Shown in pieces: positions 36,172-45,398 of a stretch of 64,000 bases of DNA. The DNA lies in assembly GCA_002408565.1 (NCBI GenBank), contig DHTA01000005.1:108049-172048 (forward strand). Direction: 5' to 3'. Made by a program: the position numbers and the translations under genes. Positions within the stretch are counted from its first letter, which is position 1. Every line of letters begins with the position of its first letter. The stretch is from Patescibacteria group bacterium UBA5272 (GTDB taxonomy: Bacteria; Patescibacteriota; Minisyncoccia; Phycocordibacterales; UBA5272). The notes beneath the pieces were generated by a model, which did not search any database, was not told the origin of the DNA, and saw nothing but the letters and a program-made list of their open reading frames with translations.

Positions 36172-36696
36172 ATGAAAAAAGGTGGAGTGGGTGGTGGAAA
36201 TACATTAACGGGTTTAAATTTTGAAAGAGAAAGAGATTTTTTATCTGTTTTAGATAAATCTAAAGGATATTCTATAAAAGATAATATAATATATTTCAAA
36301 AATAAAGAGGTTGCTAGAAACTATAGAAAAAATAGTTTATATAAATACTTAGAATCAAGAGGGGTAGATTATAAAAATCATATAAGTAAAAAATTATTAC
36401 CTGATGACGCTATTTATGTTATTAAAAATAACACTCTATTTATTATAGAAATGAAATTCCAAACTGTTGCTGGATCTGTAGATGAAAAATTACAAACTTG
36501 CGATTTCAAACTAAAACAATATAAAAAATTAATGTCTCCTTTGAATATAGATGTAGAATATATTTATATATTAAATGACTGGTTTAGAAAGTTTGAATAT
36601 AAAGACGTTTTAGATTATATAATTTCTGTAGGATGTGATTATTATTTTGAATATCTGCCACTTAAAAGACTGGGTTTGCCAGTTCCTAAACAATAA
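36172..36696 (+). CDS. Putative Type II restriction endonuclease (small PD-(D/E)xK fold)
   Basis: Immediately downstream of the MTase (5-nt gap). LLPDDAIYVIKNNTLFIIEMKFQ gives PD-x13-E-x-K. Confidence 0.5.
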   Translation: MKKGGVGGGNTLTGLNFERERDFLSVLDKSKGYSIKDNIIYFKNKEVARNYRKNSLYKYLESRGVDYKNHISKKLLPDDAIYVIKNNTLFIIEMKFQTVAGSVDEKLQTCDFKLKQYKKLMSPLNIDVEYIYILNDWFRKFEYKDVLDYIISVGCDYYFEYLPLKRLGLPVPKQ

Positions 36697-36744
36697 AACA
36701 AAAGAGGCGTATTCACACCTCTTTTGTTTTTTTAGTAATTAAAA

Positions 36745-36972
36745 TTATTCATTATGACATGATGTGCAGTAATAGCACCCATCCACGTTGTCAGCAATCT
36801 CCTTAGAGAAATTTTCTTTTACATAATTGATTGCGGTATGACAAGAAGTAAAAATTCCTAAAAATTTTTGATTTTCTGATTTTGGTAGAAGAGAACAACT
36901 AGAATTATGTACTTCGTAATTTTCTCCACTTTTAGAATCTTGTTTGTTTAAATTTAAAATATATTTATTCAT
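36745..36972 (-). CDS. Small Cys/His-rich protein (75 aa), putative zinc-binding, Ada-like N-terminal motif
   Basis: YEVHNSSCSLLPKSENQKFLGIFTSCH ... DGCYYCTSCHNE gives C-x3.. and C-x2-C-x2-CH clusters. Convergent with the R-M genes. Confidence 0.4.
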   Translation of the reverse strand: MNKYILNLNKQDSKSGENYEVHNSSCSLLPKSENQKFLGIFTSCHTAINYVKENFSKEIADNVDGCYYCTSCHNE

Positions 36973-37294
36973 ATTTTTTATTTACCATTAATAATAAGTT
37001 TTTGTTCTTTATCCAACTAGAAATTTTACAGCTGGGTATATTCTTTATCTCTATCGATTCTTGCTTTAATAAATCTTTTCTCTGAATCTCAAGAACTATA
37101 AATTAATATTTTTTACTGAATTTAAACCCTTAAGAACTATTAAATTATACAAAAATTCAAACCCTGTCACAAATATTATGGTGTTTTAATTGTGTGGATA
37201 GTGTGGAAAAGTAAAAACATTCATACATTCATATTTGCCAATAGATATAAACACTTGTTTATTCATGATCTTTATAAAATGCTATAATCTACCT

Positions 37295-40200
37295 ATGAAT
37301 AATCTAAATCAAACCTTCGAAACCCGCTATAAAAACCTAAATGAAAAGCAAAAAGAAGCTGTAGATACGATTGATGGCCCGGTTTTAGTAGTGGCTGGAC
37401 CAGGGAGTGGAAAGACAGAACTTCTCTCACTTCGTGCAGCAAATATTTTGAAAGAAACTCAGGCAACTCCTGGAAATATATTACTCCTCACATTTACTGA
37501 AAATGGAGCTAAAAATATGCGTGAGAGAATAGTCTCTCTAATTGGTGAAGCTGGATATAGGATAGCGATTTATACTTTCCACGCTTTCGCGAGCGACATT
37601 ATGAATAAATATGCCGAATTCTTTTTTGATGGAGCAAATTTTAAACCAGCCACTGAAGTGGAAAAGATAAATATTATTGAAAAAATCCTAGAGGCACTTC
37701 CAAGAGAAAATCCTCTGACCAGTCTTCATCCTGAAAAAGGCTACGCCTATCTCTATGATATTATTGCCCTCATCTCCGCTCTCAAAAAAGGAAATCTCAC
37801 CGGTGAAGAATTTAAAGAAAAAATTAAAAGAAATGAGAGTGAATATAAAGAGATAAATGAAAAAGTCAGCGAATACTTTTTAGAGATCGCAGGTAAAAGA
37901 AAATTTGAATTACTTCGCGATGTATATTTACAGATTTATAATGAATTAAATTTAATGGGGCAAAATGACAACAATGTGGCTAAGTTTTTGGCGGATATTT
38001 TATCTTTAGAGATAAAGCACGCTGAAGAAGTTGGTAAAGGGAACAATTTAACCAAATGGAAAGACCAATATTTTACCAAAAGCGAAGATGGCAGATTTAT
38101 TTTAAAAGATAGCCGCGAAGAAAAGATCAAGAAATGGATGGCTGTTGAAGATGTCTATGAGAAATACAACGCCAAAATGTATGAGGTTGGGCTATACGAC
38201 TTTGACGATATGATTTTTAAAGTTGGGCGCGAGCTTGAGAAAAATGAGGGACTAAGAAATGAGCTAGAAGAAAGATTCCAATATATTATGATTGACGAAT
38301 TCCAAGACACTTCGGACTCACAGTTTAATTTAGTTTTAAATCTAACTAAAAGTCTGGTAAATGAGGGAAGACCAAATGTTTTGGCTGTTGGAGACGATGA
38401 TCAGGCTATTTTCAAATTTCAAGGAGCTGAATTGGACAATATTACTAAATTTATAAAAAGTTACAAAGAAGTTAAACTTGTCACCTTAGATAAAAACTAT
38501 CGCTCTACTCAAAATATTTTGGATGAAGCGAGAAAGCTTATTACAAAAATTGGAGACAGACTAGAAACTAGGTACCCAGAAATAAATAAAGAAATCAAAG
38601 CGGAAAATGAAAAATTAATCAAGGCTCACAAAGGAGAAATCGTAGAGAAAAATTTTGACAATATTCATAGCGAGTTTAATTTTGTAGCTAAAGAGATAGA
38701 ATCTTTAATTAAAAAGGGAGTAAATCCAGAGGAAATAAGCGTCATCTCACGAACCCATAAAAATTTGAAAAACTTAGCTTCTATTTTTAATGAATACAAA
38801 ATCCCTTATAGCTATGAAAAAGAAGAGAACGTTTTTGATAAAGAACCGATTAGAGAAATAATTACTTTGGTAGAATTTGCGGAAAGTGGACTTGAAAATA
38901 TTAAAGAGGAATTGCTTCCAGAAATTTTGTCTTATAAATTCTGGGGTCTAGATAGAATAGAGGTTTGGAAAATAGGGGAGGTGGTCAGACAGGGAGAGAT
39001 TAGTTTAGGAGAGTTTGGAGAGAGAGTTTATATTAAACCATCTTGGCTTAAAGTAATGTTGGAAAGTCAGAATGAAAAAGTAAAAGGTGTTGCAAAATTT
39101 TTAATAGAACTAGTTAGCGATGCAAAATCTTTACCACTCCTTCACTTGATAGATAAAATAGTCGGTACTCGTGAATGGGAAGTGAATCGTGAATACGACG
39201 ATGGGGAAGAGGGAGAAAAAGAAATTAATTTTATTTCTCCATTTAAAGGATATTATTTTGGAAAGGAAAATTTTGATCACAATAAACCAGAATACCTAGA
39301 CTTCCTTTTTGCGCTTCGCACATTTATTGGTTCTCTTCGCGAATACAAAGGTGGTGATACCCTGTATGCTAGAGATTTGAAAGATTTTGTAGCTATTTAT
39401 GAAAATAATAAAAACTTAACCCTTTCTACCATTTCTCCTTTTGCGACTAGTGAAAAAGCGGTAGTACTTCAGACGGCCCACAAAAGTAAAGGACTTGAAT
39501 ATGAATATATTTTTATTTTAAATAGTGATGAAAATGAGTGGAATGGTAGGAAAGGTGTAAATAAAATTGGACTTCCAATCAATTTGCCACTCTTGCCGTC
39601 AGATGATGATATTTCGGACAGGGTGAGACTTTATTATGTAGCTATGACTAGAGCTAAACATACTCTTTATATCACTAATAATAAGGAAAAGTTTTCTATG
39701 CTTTTAACGGAAAAAGAAGAGAAAGAGAAAAACGAAATAGATGACGACTTGATTAAGACTTTATATCCGGTAGAGAAAAAGATATTTTTGGAAGATGAAA
39801 AAGCCCTTTTAAAAAGAGTTTTAGAGGATTATAAAATGCCGGTTACTCATATTATAAATTTCTTAAATATTGGAAAAATTGGTCCAGAAAAATTCTTGGA
39901 GCAAAATTTACTTCGTTTTCCACAAGCTATGAGTCCATCTAGTGTCTATGGAACAGCTATACACGAGGCTATTCAAAACTACTATCTTTATAAAAAGAAA
40001 TATGAAAAGAATCCAGATCTTGACAGAGTAATCTCTTTTTTTAAGAACGCTTTAAATAGAGGAGCTCTTTCAAAGATAGAATACGAAAAATATTATAATT
40101 CCGGAGTGAAAAATTTGGAAATATTTATTCAAAATTTAGAGAAGCAAAAAGAGTTAGGGCAGATTGAAGTGGAAGTAAACTTTGCTAACGAAGGAGTGCA

Positions 40201-40675
40201 GATAAAAGATGTGCCAGCAACTGGAAAGATAGATAAATTAGTCTTGAATGGAAATTCTGCTGTGGTCACTGATTTTAAGACGGGAAAAAGTTTTAGAGAT
40301 TGGAATGATGGAGATAGCAATTATGACAAAATAAAATTGCATTTCTTTGAATATCAGCTGGCTTTTTATGCCCTACTTCTACGAAATTCCAGAACCTATG
40401 AAAGGGTTAATTTTGAAAAAGGAATTATAGAGTTTGTAGAAGCTGATTCAAAAAATAAAGTAAATATTTTGGAAATAAAAGATGGTGAGGAATTTGAGGT
40501 TATCATAGATAGGGTAGAGTCTTTGGCTAATGCTATTTACAAAAAGATAGTCGATTTAGATTTTCCAGATACTGCGAGATATAAACTGAAAAAAGATAGA
40601 GCGGAAGAAAAAGATGAAGTCACCCTGAGAGATATTATTCAATTTGAAGATGATTTATTAAGTGGTAATATATAA
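37295..40675 (+). CDS. AddA-like ATP-dependent helicase/nuclease (UvrD/PcrA-type SF1 helicase fused to a C-terminal RecB-family PD-(D/E)xK nuclease)
   Basis: Walker A VVAGPGSGKTE, UvrD motifs (MIDEFQDTS, VGDDDQAIFKFQGA, YRST) and the C-terminal nuclease motif GKIDKLV...VVTDFKTGKS. TATAAT at 37283-37288. The track's 37235 start is in-frame upstream junk. Confidence 0.8.
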   Translation: MNNLNQTFETRYKNLNEKQKEAVDTIDGPVLVVAGPGSGKTELLSLRAANILKETQATPGNILLLTFTENGAKNMRERIVSLIGEAGYRIAIYTFHAFASDIMNKYAEFFFDGANFKPATEVEKINIIEKILEALPRENPLTSLHPEKGYAYLYDIIALISALKKGNLTGEEFKEKIKRNESEYKEINEKVSEYFLEIAGKRKFELLRDVYLQIYNELNLMGQNDNNVAKFLADILSLEIKHAEEVGKGNNLTKWKDQYFTKSEDGRFILKDSREEKIKKWMAVEDVYEKYNAKMYEVGLYDFDDMIFKVGRELEKNEGLRNELEERFQYIMIDEFQDTSDSQFNLVLNLTKSLVNEGRPNVLAVGDDDQAIFKFQGAELDNITKFIKSYKEVKLVTLDKNYRSTQNILDEARKLITKIGDRLETRYPEINKEIKAENEKLIKAHKGEIVEKNFDNIHSEFNFVAKEIESLIKKGVNPEEISVISRTHKNLKNLASIFNEYKIPYSYEKEENVFDKEPIREIITLVEFAESGLENIKEELLPEILSYKFWGLDRIEVWKIGEVVRQGEISLGEFGERVYIKPSWLKVMLESQNEKVKGVAKFLIELVSDAKSLPLLHLIDKIVGTREWEVNREYDDGEEGEKEINFISPFKGYYFGKENFDHNKPEYLDFLFALRTFIGSLREYKGGDTLYARDLKDFVAIYENNKNLTLSTISPFATSEKAVVLQTAHKSKGLEYEYIFILNSDENEWNGRKGVNKIGLPINLPLLPSDDDISDRVRLYYVAMTRAKHTLYITNNKEKFSMLLTEKEEKEKNEIDDDLIKTLYPVEKKIFLEDEKALLKRVLEDYKMPVTHIINFLNIGKIGPEKFLEQNLLRFPQAMSPSSVYGTAIHEAIQNYYLYKKKYEKNPDLDRVISFFKNALNRGALSKIEYEKYYNSGVKNLEIFIQNLEKQKELGQIEVEVNFANEGVQIKDVPATGKIDKLVLNGNSAVVTDFKTGKSFRDWNDGDSNYDKIKLHFFEYQLAFYALLLRNSRTYERVNFEKGIIEFVEADSKNKVNILEIKDGEEFEVIIDRVESLANAIYKKIVDLDFPDTARYKLKKDRAEEKDEVTLRDIIQFEDDLLSGNI

Positions 40676-40677
40676 TT

Positions 40678-41556
40678 ATGGCTGATAAATATAATGCAGT
40701 TTGGCTCTCCCATTCATCTTTTAACGACTTTTTAAGTTGCCCTAAAGCTTATTATCTTAAAAATGTCTATAAAGACCCTAAAAGTAGAAATAAAATCTCT
40801 CTAATTTCTCCACACACCTCTCTTGGCTCAGCCGTTCATTTAACTATTGAAACTCTTTTAGATTTTCCTTCAGAAAAGAGGACAGAAAAACTAAATACTT
40901 TAGAAAAAGACTATGAAAAAATTTGGCAAGCTAATTTTCAAGGGAAAAGAGGTGGATTTTTGAGCGAAGAGGAAGAAAAAGATTTTTTTGAAAGAGGTTT
41001 AGCAATGATTAAAAATATCAAAGAAAATCCAAATTTTTTATTAAATAAAATTATAAAAAGAGAAAGTTATTATAAGGGAGATATTTTACCAAACTTTTTT
41101 ATTGATGACGAAGAAGAAATTTTGCTTTGTGGAGTACCAGACTGGGTAGAATATTTAGACGATGACACTTTGCACGTGATAGATTTTAAAACTGGAAAAA
41201 ATGAAGAAAGAGAAGATAGTTCTCAATTACCAATTTATGTTTTACTTTTAGAAAATTTACAAAAAAGAAAAGTCTCTCGGGCTAGCTATTGGTATTTGTC
41301 CAAAGATAAGAAAGCACAAGAAAAAGAAATCAACAGAGAAGAGATTGAAGACCTTAAAAATAAAATTGTTAAAACCGGAAAAGATATTAAAGATTTAAAA
41401 AATGAAGCCTTAAAAAAAGACTGGCGAGAAGTCTTTTTTTGTGGAAGAGGGGAGGAGGGTTGTATACATTGTAAAGATTATGAGAAAATAGTTTCTGGTG
41501 AAGCAGAATATGTCGGTAAAGATATTTACAATAAAGATGGTTATATTTTAAATTAA
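40678..41556 (+). CDS. Stand-alone RecB-family/Cas4-like PD-(D/E)xK nuclease with a 4-Cys cluster (AddB nuclease-domain-like)
   Basis: N-terminal Cys (FLSCPKAYYL), nuclease motifs (GVPDWVEY, HVIDFKTGKN) and a C-terminal CGRGEEGCIHC cluster: the 1+3 Cys Fe-S arrangement seen in AddB/Cas4. A 2-nt gap after the helicase suggests translational coupling. Confidence 0.65.
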   Translation: MADKYNAVWLSHSSFNDFLSCPKAYYLKNVYKDPKSRNKISLISPHTSLGSAVHLTIETLLDFPSEKRTEKLNTLEKDYEKIWQANFQGKRGGFLSEEEEKDFFERGLAMIKNIKENPNFLLNKIIKRESYYKGDILPNFFIDDEEEILLCGVPDWVEYLDDDTLHVIDFKTGKNEEREDSSQLPIYVLLLENLQKRKVSRASYWYLSKDKKAQEKEINREEIEDLKNKIVKTGKDIKDLKNEALKKDWREVFFCGRGEEGCIHCKDYEKIVSGEAEYVGKDIYNKDGYILN

Positions 41557-41557
41557 C

Positions 41558-43291
41558 TTAGTTTTTAATTTGTAAACGAAGAAGCTTGAGAGAATCGTAA
41601 TCTATTTTTATTTTTAAATCTTTATTTAATTTATCAAACTTAGTCTTTAGTCCAGAGTCTTCTGCTAAAACTTTTTTAATAGCTTTTAATTGAATATTAG
41701 TATATTTTTTCTCAATTTCTTTCCAAATATATTTCAAATCTTTTTCTTCTATTTCTCTCCCTTCAAATAATTCTTCAATATGACTAATAATAGTATTGGT
41801 TTTTAAGCTTCTCTTTTTAGCAATTTCTTTTGGCAAAAGTTTTTCTTTGAGAAAGTCTAAAGTCACTAAAGTGGTTTTAGTTTTTACAGGTTTTTCAAAA
41901 GTTTCTTTTTCTAGTTCGTGAGGAACTAAATCCCCATCAGAAGCCAAGATAAAATCTTCTTGTAATCTTTTGAGTTTATTTTCCATTTCTTTACTAGAAA
42001 AATATTTTTCTAAAGCTTGACTAGCTTTCTCGGATCTAGCTCGAAAAACTTTATCTTGCTTTGTAACCCCAGGATTAATTTTTAAAGCTTTATCATGAAT
42101 ACCCAGAAGACAAATATTTTCAAATTTCCTTACTCTAGATAAGGCTACGTAACCCATGCCTGTACCAAAAGCTTTAGAAAGGTCAATTTCGGCAGCGTCT
42201 AAAGTCATACCTTGAGATTTGTGCACTGTAATAGCCCAAGCGTAGCGAAGAGGCAATTGTGAAATTTCAGCCAAGACTTTGCCGTCATCATTTACATATT
42301 GCCAATTTTCTCGAGAGACCGAAATCTTTTTTCCATCAAAAGTTTTAACTATAGGCATATTGGAGACATCAAAGTCTATAATTTCTCCCAAAGTTCCATT
42401 TTGATATTCGCGATTTTTATCATTTTTTACAAAAATAACTTTAGCTCCTTTTTTGAGATTAATACTTTCTGGAGCCAGACAGTTAGCTTTCAAAATTTCT
42501 ACAAAGTTTTTCTTCCCGTTGCAAATCACTTCATAAGAAAATTCTGGAGAGTCAATTTTTAAATCACAATATTTTTCTAAATTAATAGTATCTACATCAA
42601 TATTATGAGTGTAAAGTTTTAAAGTTTCAGTTTTTGTTTGAGAAGAAAGGTTTTTGTTTAATTTTTGAAGAATTTTATTTGTGTCTCTTTCAAAACGAAT
42701 ATCGTTTAAAATTTTTGTTAAAGTTTCACCTTCTTTTTGGCGATAATTTTCTTCTAAATAACAAATTATCGGATTTAATTCTTTCCAAGCTAGAGAGTTA
42801 TAAGCAAATTCCTGATCTTCGTCCGGATAATCTTCCATCTTTCCATATCTTTTAACCACTGGTGGAAGCTGAAAAAAATCTCCACAGAAAACTATTTGTA
42901 TTCCACCAAAAGGTAAATCATTTTTTCTAAAAGTTTTAAAAAGAGTATTAATCATATCAAGACGATTGGCGTGAAGCATGGAAATTTCGTCGATAATTAA
43001 AACTTTAACATTTGCATAACGTTTATAAAGTTTTTCATTTTGTTCAAGTTTATCTAAAGTATATTTATCTAATTTTTCATAGACACCAATTCCGCTCCAA
43101 GAATGAATAGTTTGTCCTCCAATATGAGTGGCTGCGATACCAGTAGAAGCTGTAATAGCTGGAGGAATAGAATGAGACTTTAAATATTCAATATATTTAT
43201 TTAAAACAAAAGTTTTACCAGTGCCAGCAGCTCCAGTCAAAAATACCGAATGTCCCATTTTCATTATATCCAAAGCTTCTTTTTGAGTCAT
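41558..43291 (-). CDS. Pif1/RecD-like SF1B DNA helicase with a C-terminal extension
   Basis: Walker A LTGAAGTGKTF, Walker B LIIDEISM, Q-motif and RecD/Pif1 family motifs (VHKSQGMTLD). About 130 extra C-terminal residues. Confidence 0.7.
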   Translation of the reverse strand: MTQKEALDIMKMGHSVFLTGAAGTGKTFVLNKYIEYLKSHSIPPAITASTGIAATHIGGQTIHSWSGIGVYEKLDKYTLDKLEQNEKLYKRYANVKVLIIDEISMLHANRLDMINTLFKTFRKNDLPFGGIQIVFCGDFFQLPPVVKRYGKMEDYPDEDQEFAYNSLAWKELNPIICYLEENYRQKEGETLTKILNDIRFERDTNKILQKLNKNLSSQTKTETLKLYTHNIDVDTINLEKYCDLKIDSPEFSYEVICNGKKNFVEILKANCLAPESINLKKGAKVIFVKNDKNREYQNGTLGEIIDFDVSNMPIVKTFDGKKISVSRENWQYVNDDGKVLAEISQLPLRYAWAITVHKSQGMTLDAAEIDLSKAFGTGMGYVALSRVRKFENICLLGIHDKALKINPGVTKQDKVFRARSEKASQALEKYFSSKEMENKLKRLQEDFILASDGDLVPHELEKETFEKPVKTKTTLVTLDFLKEKLLPKEIAKKRSLKTNTIISHIEELFEGREIEEKDLKYIWKEIEKKYTNIQLKAIKKVLAEDSGLKTKFDKLNKDLKIKIDYDSLKLLRLQIKN

Positions 43292-43356
43292 AAATTATTC
43301 TAAGTATAACAAATTTCTTTCTTTTTAAGTTGTGTAAAATATGTTATTTTGTATAA

Positions 43357-44730
43357 ATGATTTTTAATCTATTTAATTCTAAAAAAAATCTTAAAAAAGA
43401 AGAGGATTTCTCTTTTGGTTTAACCAAAAAGCTAGTAAAAAGCATTTCTAAAGACAAAAAAGAGCCAAAATGGATGCTTAAAAAGCGTTTAGAGGCTTTT
43501 GCCGTCTATAAAAGTACTCCTTTACCAAATTGGGGACCAAGTTTAAAAGATTTAAATTTAAATGAAATTGTCTATTATGTGCCAAGTAATTTGAAAGAGC
43601 AAAGTAGTTGGGAGAAAGTCCCTAAAGAAATTGCTGAAACTTTTGAAAAATTGGGTATTCCAAAAGCTGAGAAAGAATATTTAGGAGGGGTGGGAGCTCA
43701 ATACGATTCCGGAGTAATTTATCATTCTATAAAAGAGTCTCTTAAAAAACAGGGAGTGATTTTTGAAAACTTAGATACCGCTCTCAAGCTTTATCCTGAT
43801 TTAGTGAAAAAATATTTCATGAATGATTGTATAAAAATAAATGAGCATAAATTTGCTTCTTTGCATGCGGCTTGCTTTAGTGGTGGAACATTTATTTACG
43901 TACCTAAAGGAGTAGAAGTTCGTATGCCACTTCAATCTTATTTTCGAATGAATAAAGAAAAGGGTGGACAATTTGAGCACACTATTATTGTGGCAGATGA
44001 AAATAGTTATGTAGAATATATTGAAGGGTGTTCTGCGCCAAGATATTCTTTTTCAGCTCTTCACGCTGGTGGAGTAGAAATTTTTGTTGGTAAAGGAGCT
44101 AAAGTAAAATATTCTAGCATTGAGAATTGGAGTAAAAATGTTTACAATTTGAATACTAAAAAAGCTTTAGTTTTTGAAAGGGGAGAAATAGAATGGCTAA
44201 ATGGAAATACTGGATCTTCTACTACCATGCTTTATCCATCTTCTATTTTACTTGGAGAATATGCGAGGAGTGAAAGTCTGGGTATAGCTATGGCCGGTAA
44301 AGGACAATTTCAAGATGTAGGGAGTAAAGTCGTACATATTGCTCCAAATACTTATTCTGTCATTAAATCAAAATCTATAGCTAAAAACGGAGGAGTTTCA
44401 AATTATAGAGGCTTTGTGGAAATTGGCAAAAAAGCCAAAAATTCTAAAGCTGTAGTAAATTGTGACACTTTAATATTAGATGAAAATTCTAAAGCTCTCG
44501 CTGTGCCAGTCAACAAAGTTTCTAATCAAGATGTAGAAATTTCTCATGAAGCTAAAGTGGGGCAGCTTTCTCTTAAAGAAATTTTCTATACCAATCTCCA
44601 CGGTTTTGATGAATATGGAGCACAAAGATTAATTATCGGTGGATTTGCTAATGAAGTTATTAAAAAACTTCCTTTAGAATACGCGATAGAGTTAAACAAA
44701 TTAATTGACTTAGAAATAGAAGGAATGTAA
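43357..44730 (+). CDS. sufB: Fe-S cluster assembly protein SufB
   Basis: SufB/SufD beta-helix core, IIVADENSYVEYIEGCSAP (conserved Cys) and a C-terminal KEIFYTNLHGFDEYGAQRLI. Confidence 0.8.
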   Translation: MIFNLFNSKKNLKKEEDFSFGLTKKLVKSISKDKKEPKWMLKKRLEAFAVYKSTPLPNWGPSLKDLNLNEIVYYVPSNLKEQSSWEKVPKEIAETFEKLGIPKAEKEYLGGVGAQYDSGVIYHSIKESLKKQGVIFENLDTALKLYPDLVKKYFMNDCIKINEHKFASLHAACFSGGTFIYVPKGVEVRMPLQSYFRMNKEKGGQFEHTIIVADENSYVEYIEGCSAPRYSFSALHAGGVEIFVGKGAKVKYSSIENWSKNVYNLNTKKALVFERGEIEWLNGNTGSSTTMLYPSSILLGEYARSESLGIAMAGKGQFQDVGSKVVHIAPNTYSVIKSKSIAKNGGVSNYRGFVEIGKKAKNSKAVVNCDTLILDENSKALAVPVNKVSNQDVEISHEAKVGQLSLKEIFYTNLHGFDEYGAQRLIIGGFANEVIKKLPLEYAIELNKLIDLEIEGM

Positions 44731-44734
44731 ATAT

Positions 44735-45307
44735 ATGGAAAAAGTAAAATACGGATTAAAAATTTATACTGATTTTAAAGAGAGTGAAATAAAAGAAAGG
44801 ACTCGAATTATTAATATAGACGAGGCTAAACATCTTGAGATCAAAGAAGAGAATTTTGAAAATGATTTTCTTTCACACATTATTATAAATCTAAATGTAG
44901 CAGAAGCTAGTGTGAAATTTATTGGCAGATATAGAGCGGAAAAATCTTTATGTGATATTTCTTGCGTGATTAATCATAAAGCCGATTACACCAAATCCGA
45001 AATCGATATTAAAGGCATTGCAGAAGCAGAGGGAAAAATAATTTCTCGTTCCAATATTTTTGTAGATGAAGATGTGAAAGGTGCAGAAGGGGAAGAAAAA
45101 GTAAAATTTATTTTTGTAGTTAAAGAAGGTGGAGAAGCAGGGGAGATAGACGCTATTCCAAATCTAGATATCAATAGTCACGATGTAAAAGTCTCTCACG
45201 CTCTTTCTATCTCAAAAATAAAAGAAACTGATATTTGGTATGCCAATCTTCATTCTTTTGACGAAAAAGAGTCCGAAGTCTTTTTTAAGGAAAACTTTTT
45301 AAATTAA
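44735..45307 (+). CDS. sufD: SufD-like protein (short, beta-helix core only)
   Basis: Parallels the SufB C-terminal core (VKVSHALSISKIKETDIWYANLHSFDE). 190 aa. Adjacent to sufB. Confidence 0.55.
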   Translation: MEKVKYGLKIYTDFKESEIKERTRIINIDEAKHLEIKEENFENDFLSHIIINLNVAEASVKFIGRYRAEKSLCDISCVINHKADYTKSEIDIKGIAEAEGKIISRSNIFVDEDVKGAEGEEKVKFIFVVKEGGEAGEIDAIPNLDINSHDVKVSHALSISKIKETDIWYANLHSFDEKESEVFFKENFLN

Positions 45308-45398
45308 AACAATACTTAGTTATTGTCAAGGCTAAAAAGGCTTTATTTTATGATATTATTTAAGAATTATCAGGTTTTTATTATTTTTTTAGAAGACT

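Noticed and set aside
41558-43291. Small plus-strand ORFs inside the Pif1-like helicase gene (42299-42562, 42634-42855)
   Set aside because: Antisense to a gene with clear Walker A/B and helicase motifs. AT-rich frame artefacts.
45308-45398. T-box leaders upstream of the aminoacyl-tRNA synthetase genes (alaS, serS, cysS, gltX, trpS)
   Set aside because: The leaders are less than 100 nt and lack specifier-loop or T-box consensus (AATTAGGGTGGTACCGCG-like) sequences.
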